A stretch of 64,000 nt of DNA from assembly GCA_028826165.1 (NCBI GenBank), contig JAPDFW010000123.1, forward strand, positions 1-64,000, in the 5' to 3' direction. Of the stretch, positions 62,804 to 64,000 are shown piece by piece. Below the pieces are notes generated by a model. It worked only from the letters and a program-made list of their open reading frames with translations. It made no database searches and was not told where the DNA came from. The stretch comes from Anaeramoeba ignava BMAN. Its lineage: Eukaryota; Protista; Anaeramoebae. A program made the position numbers and the translations under genes. Numbering within the stretch: position 1 is the first letter of the stretch; each line of letters begins with the position of its first letter.

Positions 62804-64000
62804 ATGTCTTCAACAAAAAGAAGTCAATTTTTAATTTGGTTATTTTTGAATGAGATTGAAACAAACAAAATAGAAGAAATTAAAATTCAAATAATAACAC
62901 AAAAACCAAAAAAACATTATGAACTTGCAAAATCAAAAAAACAAAAAGAAGTTTGGTTTATTGGAATTCCAAAAATAAATTGGGATAAAAAAAAATATTT
63001 TGAAACTTCTTTTCAATTTGCAATGCATGGATTATTAGAAGGTCAAACAAAAATAAATATGTCAGATCCGTTCCTAATCCAACAATACAAACCAAATCCT
63101 TTGAATATTCAATTTATAAAATTGAATTATGAATCTGATAAATTAATTCCATATAAAGTTGATGATAATTTAATTAAATTTAAAATTCTTGATGCTCTTA
63201 TTTTTCAAACTGAAGGAATTGAATTTCAAAAGCAAATCAAAATCAAATTCCAAGTAATTGATGCCTTATTATTAGGAGAAAAAGAAGAAGAATCAAAAAA
63301 AGAAGAAGAAGAAAAAAAAGAAAAAGTTATTTCATGGATAAAAGAAAATTTTGATTCAAATTTATCTCTTGATAAGAAACTTATTTTTTTCTACTTATCA
63401 TCTTTTGGTTTTCATATTATAAATATGGATCTTATTCTGTTTCCTCAACAAAATGATTCTTTGGATTTTGCTATTGATTTTACAAAATTTGTTATTGATT
63501 TTTTTACAAAAGAAATTGGAGCAAGCACCTTTAAAAAAACTCTTGGTTCAAATCTTTCTAAATTTTTTCAAAAAAATAATCAAAAACAAAATGATCAAGA
63601 AAAATCTTTTAAAATTTTCTCTTATTTCCCATTGGCTTGGTATTTGGAATCTACTAAAGAATTTGAAACTTTTATAAAAGAACTTGAAGTTAAATCTCTT
63701 GATCAAATTTTACCTCTTTTCAATATTATTCTATCTGATTCAACATTCCACAAAATTTTATCTGAAAAATTATTTCAAGAAAAATTCCTTACAGAATGCA
63801 TTCCAAAATATTGGGAAAAATTCCTTTTTGATTTTTTTTCTTCTCAGAATATTGAAAACGTTAACAAAATTTTTGATTCTCCAATTTATAAGGATATCTT
63901 TTCTACACTTTCCCAAATCAATTTAAATTTTGATAAGAAAATTCAATTTTGGATTTCTTTTTATTCTCTTTTAAAGGAGCATCCATTCCAAACAAATGAA
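62804..64000 (+). CDS. Hypothetical protein, 5' part (open to the end of the window, 399 codons)
   Basis: ATG at 62804 after a TCATTTT element; MSSTKRSQFLIWLFLNEIE... No in-frame stop was seen before 64000, which would explain its absence from the ORF track. Confidence 0.75.
   Translation, partial: MSSTKRSQFLIWLFLNEIETNKIEEIKIQIITQKPKKHYELAKSKKQKEVWFIGIPKINWDKKKYFETSFQFAMHGLLEGQTKINMSDPFLIQQYKPNPLNIQFIKLNYESDKLIPYKVDDNLIKFKILDALIFQTEGIEFQKQIKIKFQVIDALLLGEKEEESKKEEEEKKEKVISWIKENFDSNLSLDKKLIFFYLSSFGFHIINMDLILFPQQNDSLDFAIDFTKFVIDFFTKEIGASTFKKTLGSNLSKFFQKNNQKQNDQEKSFKIFSYFPLAWYLESTKEFETFIKELEVKSLDQILPLFNIILSDSTFHKILSEKLFQEKFLTECIPKYWEKFLFDFFSSQNIENVNKIFDSPIYKDIFSTLSQINLNFDKKIQFWISFYSLLKEHPFQTNE

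Noticed and set aside
1-64000. Inteins, transposases, tRNA or rRNA genes, alternative genetic code
   Set aside because: I recognised no Hint-domain or C-terminal HN motifs, transposase or reverse-transcriptase ORFs, or structured GC-rich RNA genes. Conserved genes end at TAA, TAG or TGA, and Trp is TGG.

Overview
This is extremely AT-rich, intron-containing eukaryotic genomic DNA that uses the standard genetic code. The poly-Asn/Glu/Gln tracts, BTB/TLDc expansion, TCATTTT initiator and presequence-bearing GCSH suggest an anaerobic metamonad such as Anaeramoeba; that assignment is inference only. About 22 compact genes are present: GCSH, two paralogous giant BEACH/WD40 genes (one predicted to be spliced to an N-terminal BTB exon), a CDF-type transporter, an ankyrin-BTB gene, RasGAP, C9orf78/Tls1, CDC20, DPH4, RhoGAP-SH3, RCC1-BTB, a dual-specificity phosphatase, two BTB-BACK-TLDc genes, a divergent actin, Cfd1/NUBP2, SYF1, a cAMP-receptor-like GPCR, an archaeal-looking Trm5 and several unknowns. 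They are separated or interrupted by simple-sequence satellites. The standout is the minus-strand ankyrin-BTB gene (15614-18373), most of which is missing from the ORF track. Each ankyrin repeat is its own phase-0 exon. Between the repeats lie tandem runs of 2-4 single-codon (3-nt) AG-NNN-GT micro-exons, 12 clear and one more possible. These supply the variable beta-hairpin tip residues of the ankyrin binding surface, making the gene a candidate splice-encoded combinatorial recognition system on a Cullin-3 adaptor. About ten +1 frameshifts, mostly in homopolymers, look like long-read assembly errors. All gene models were read by eye, without transcript data.
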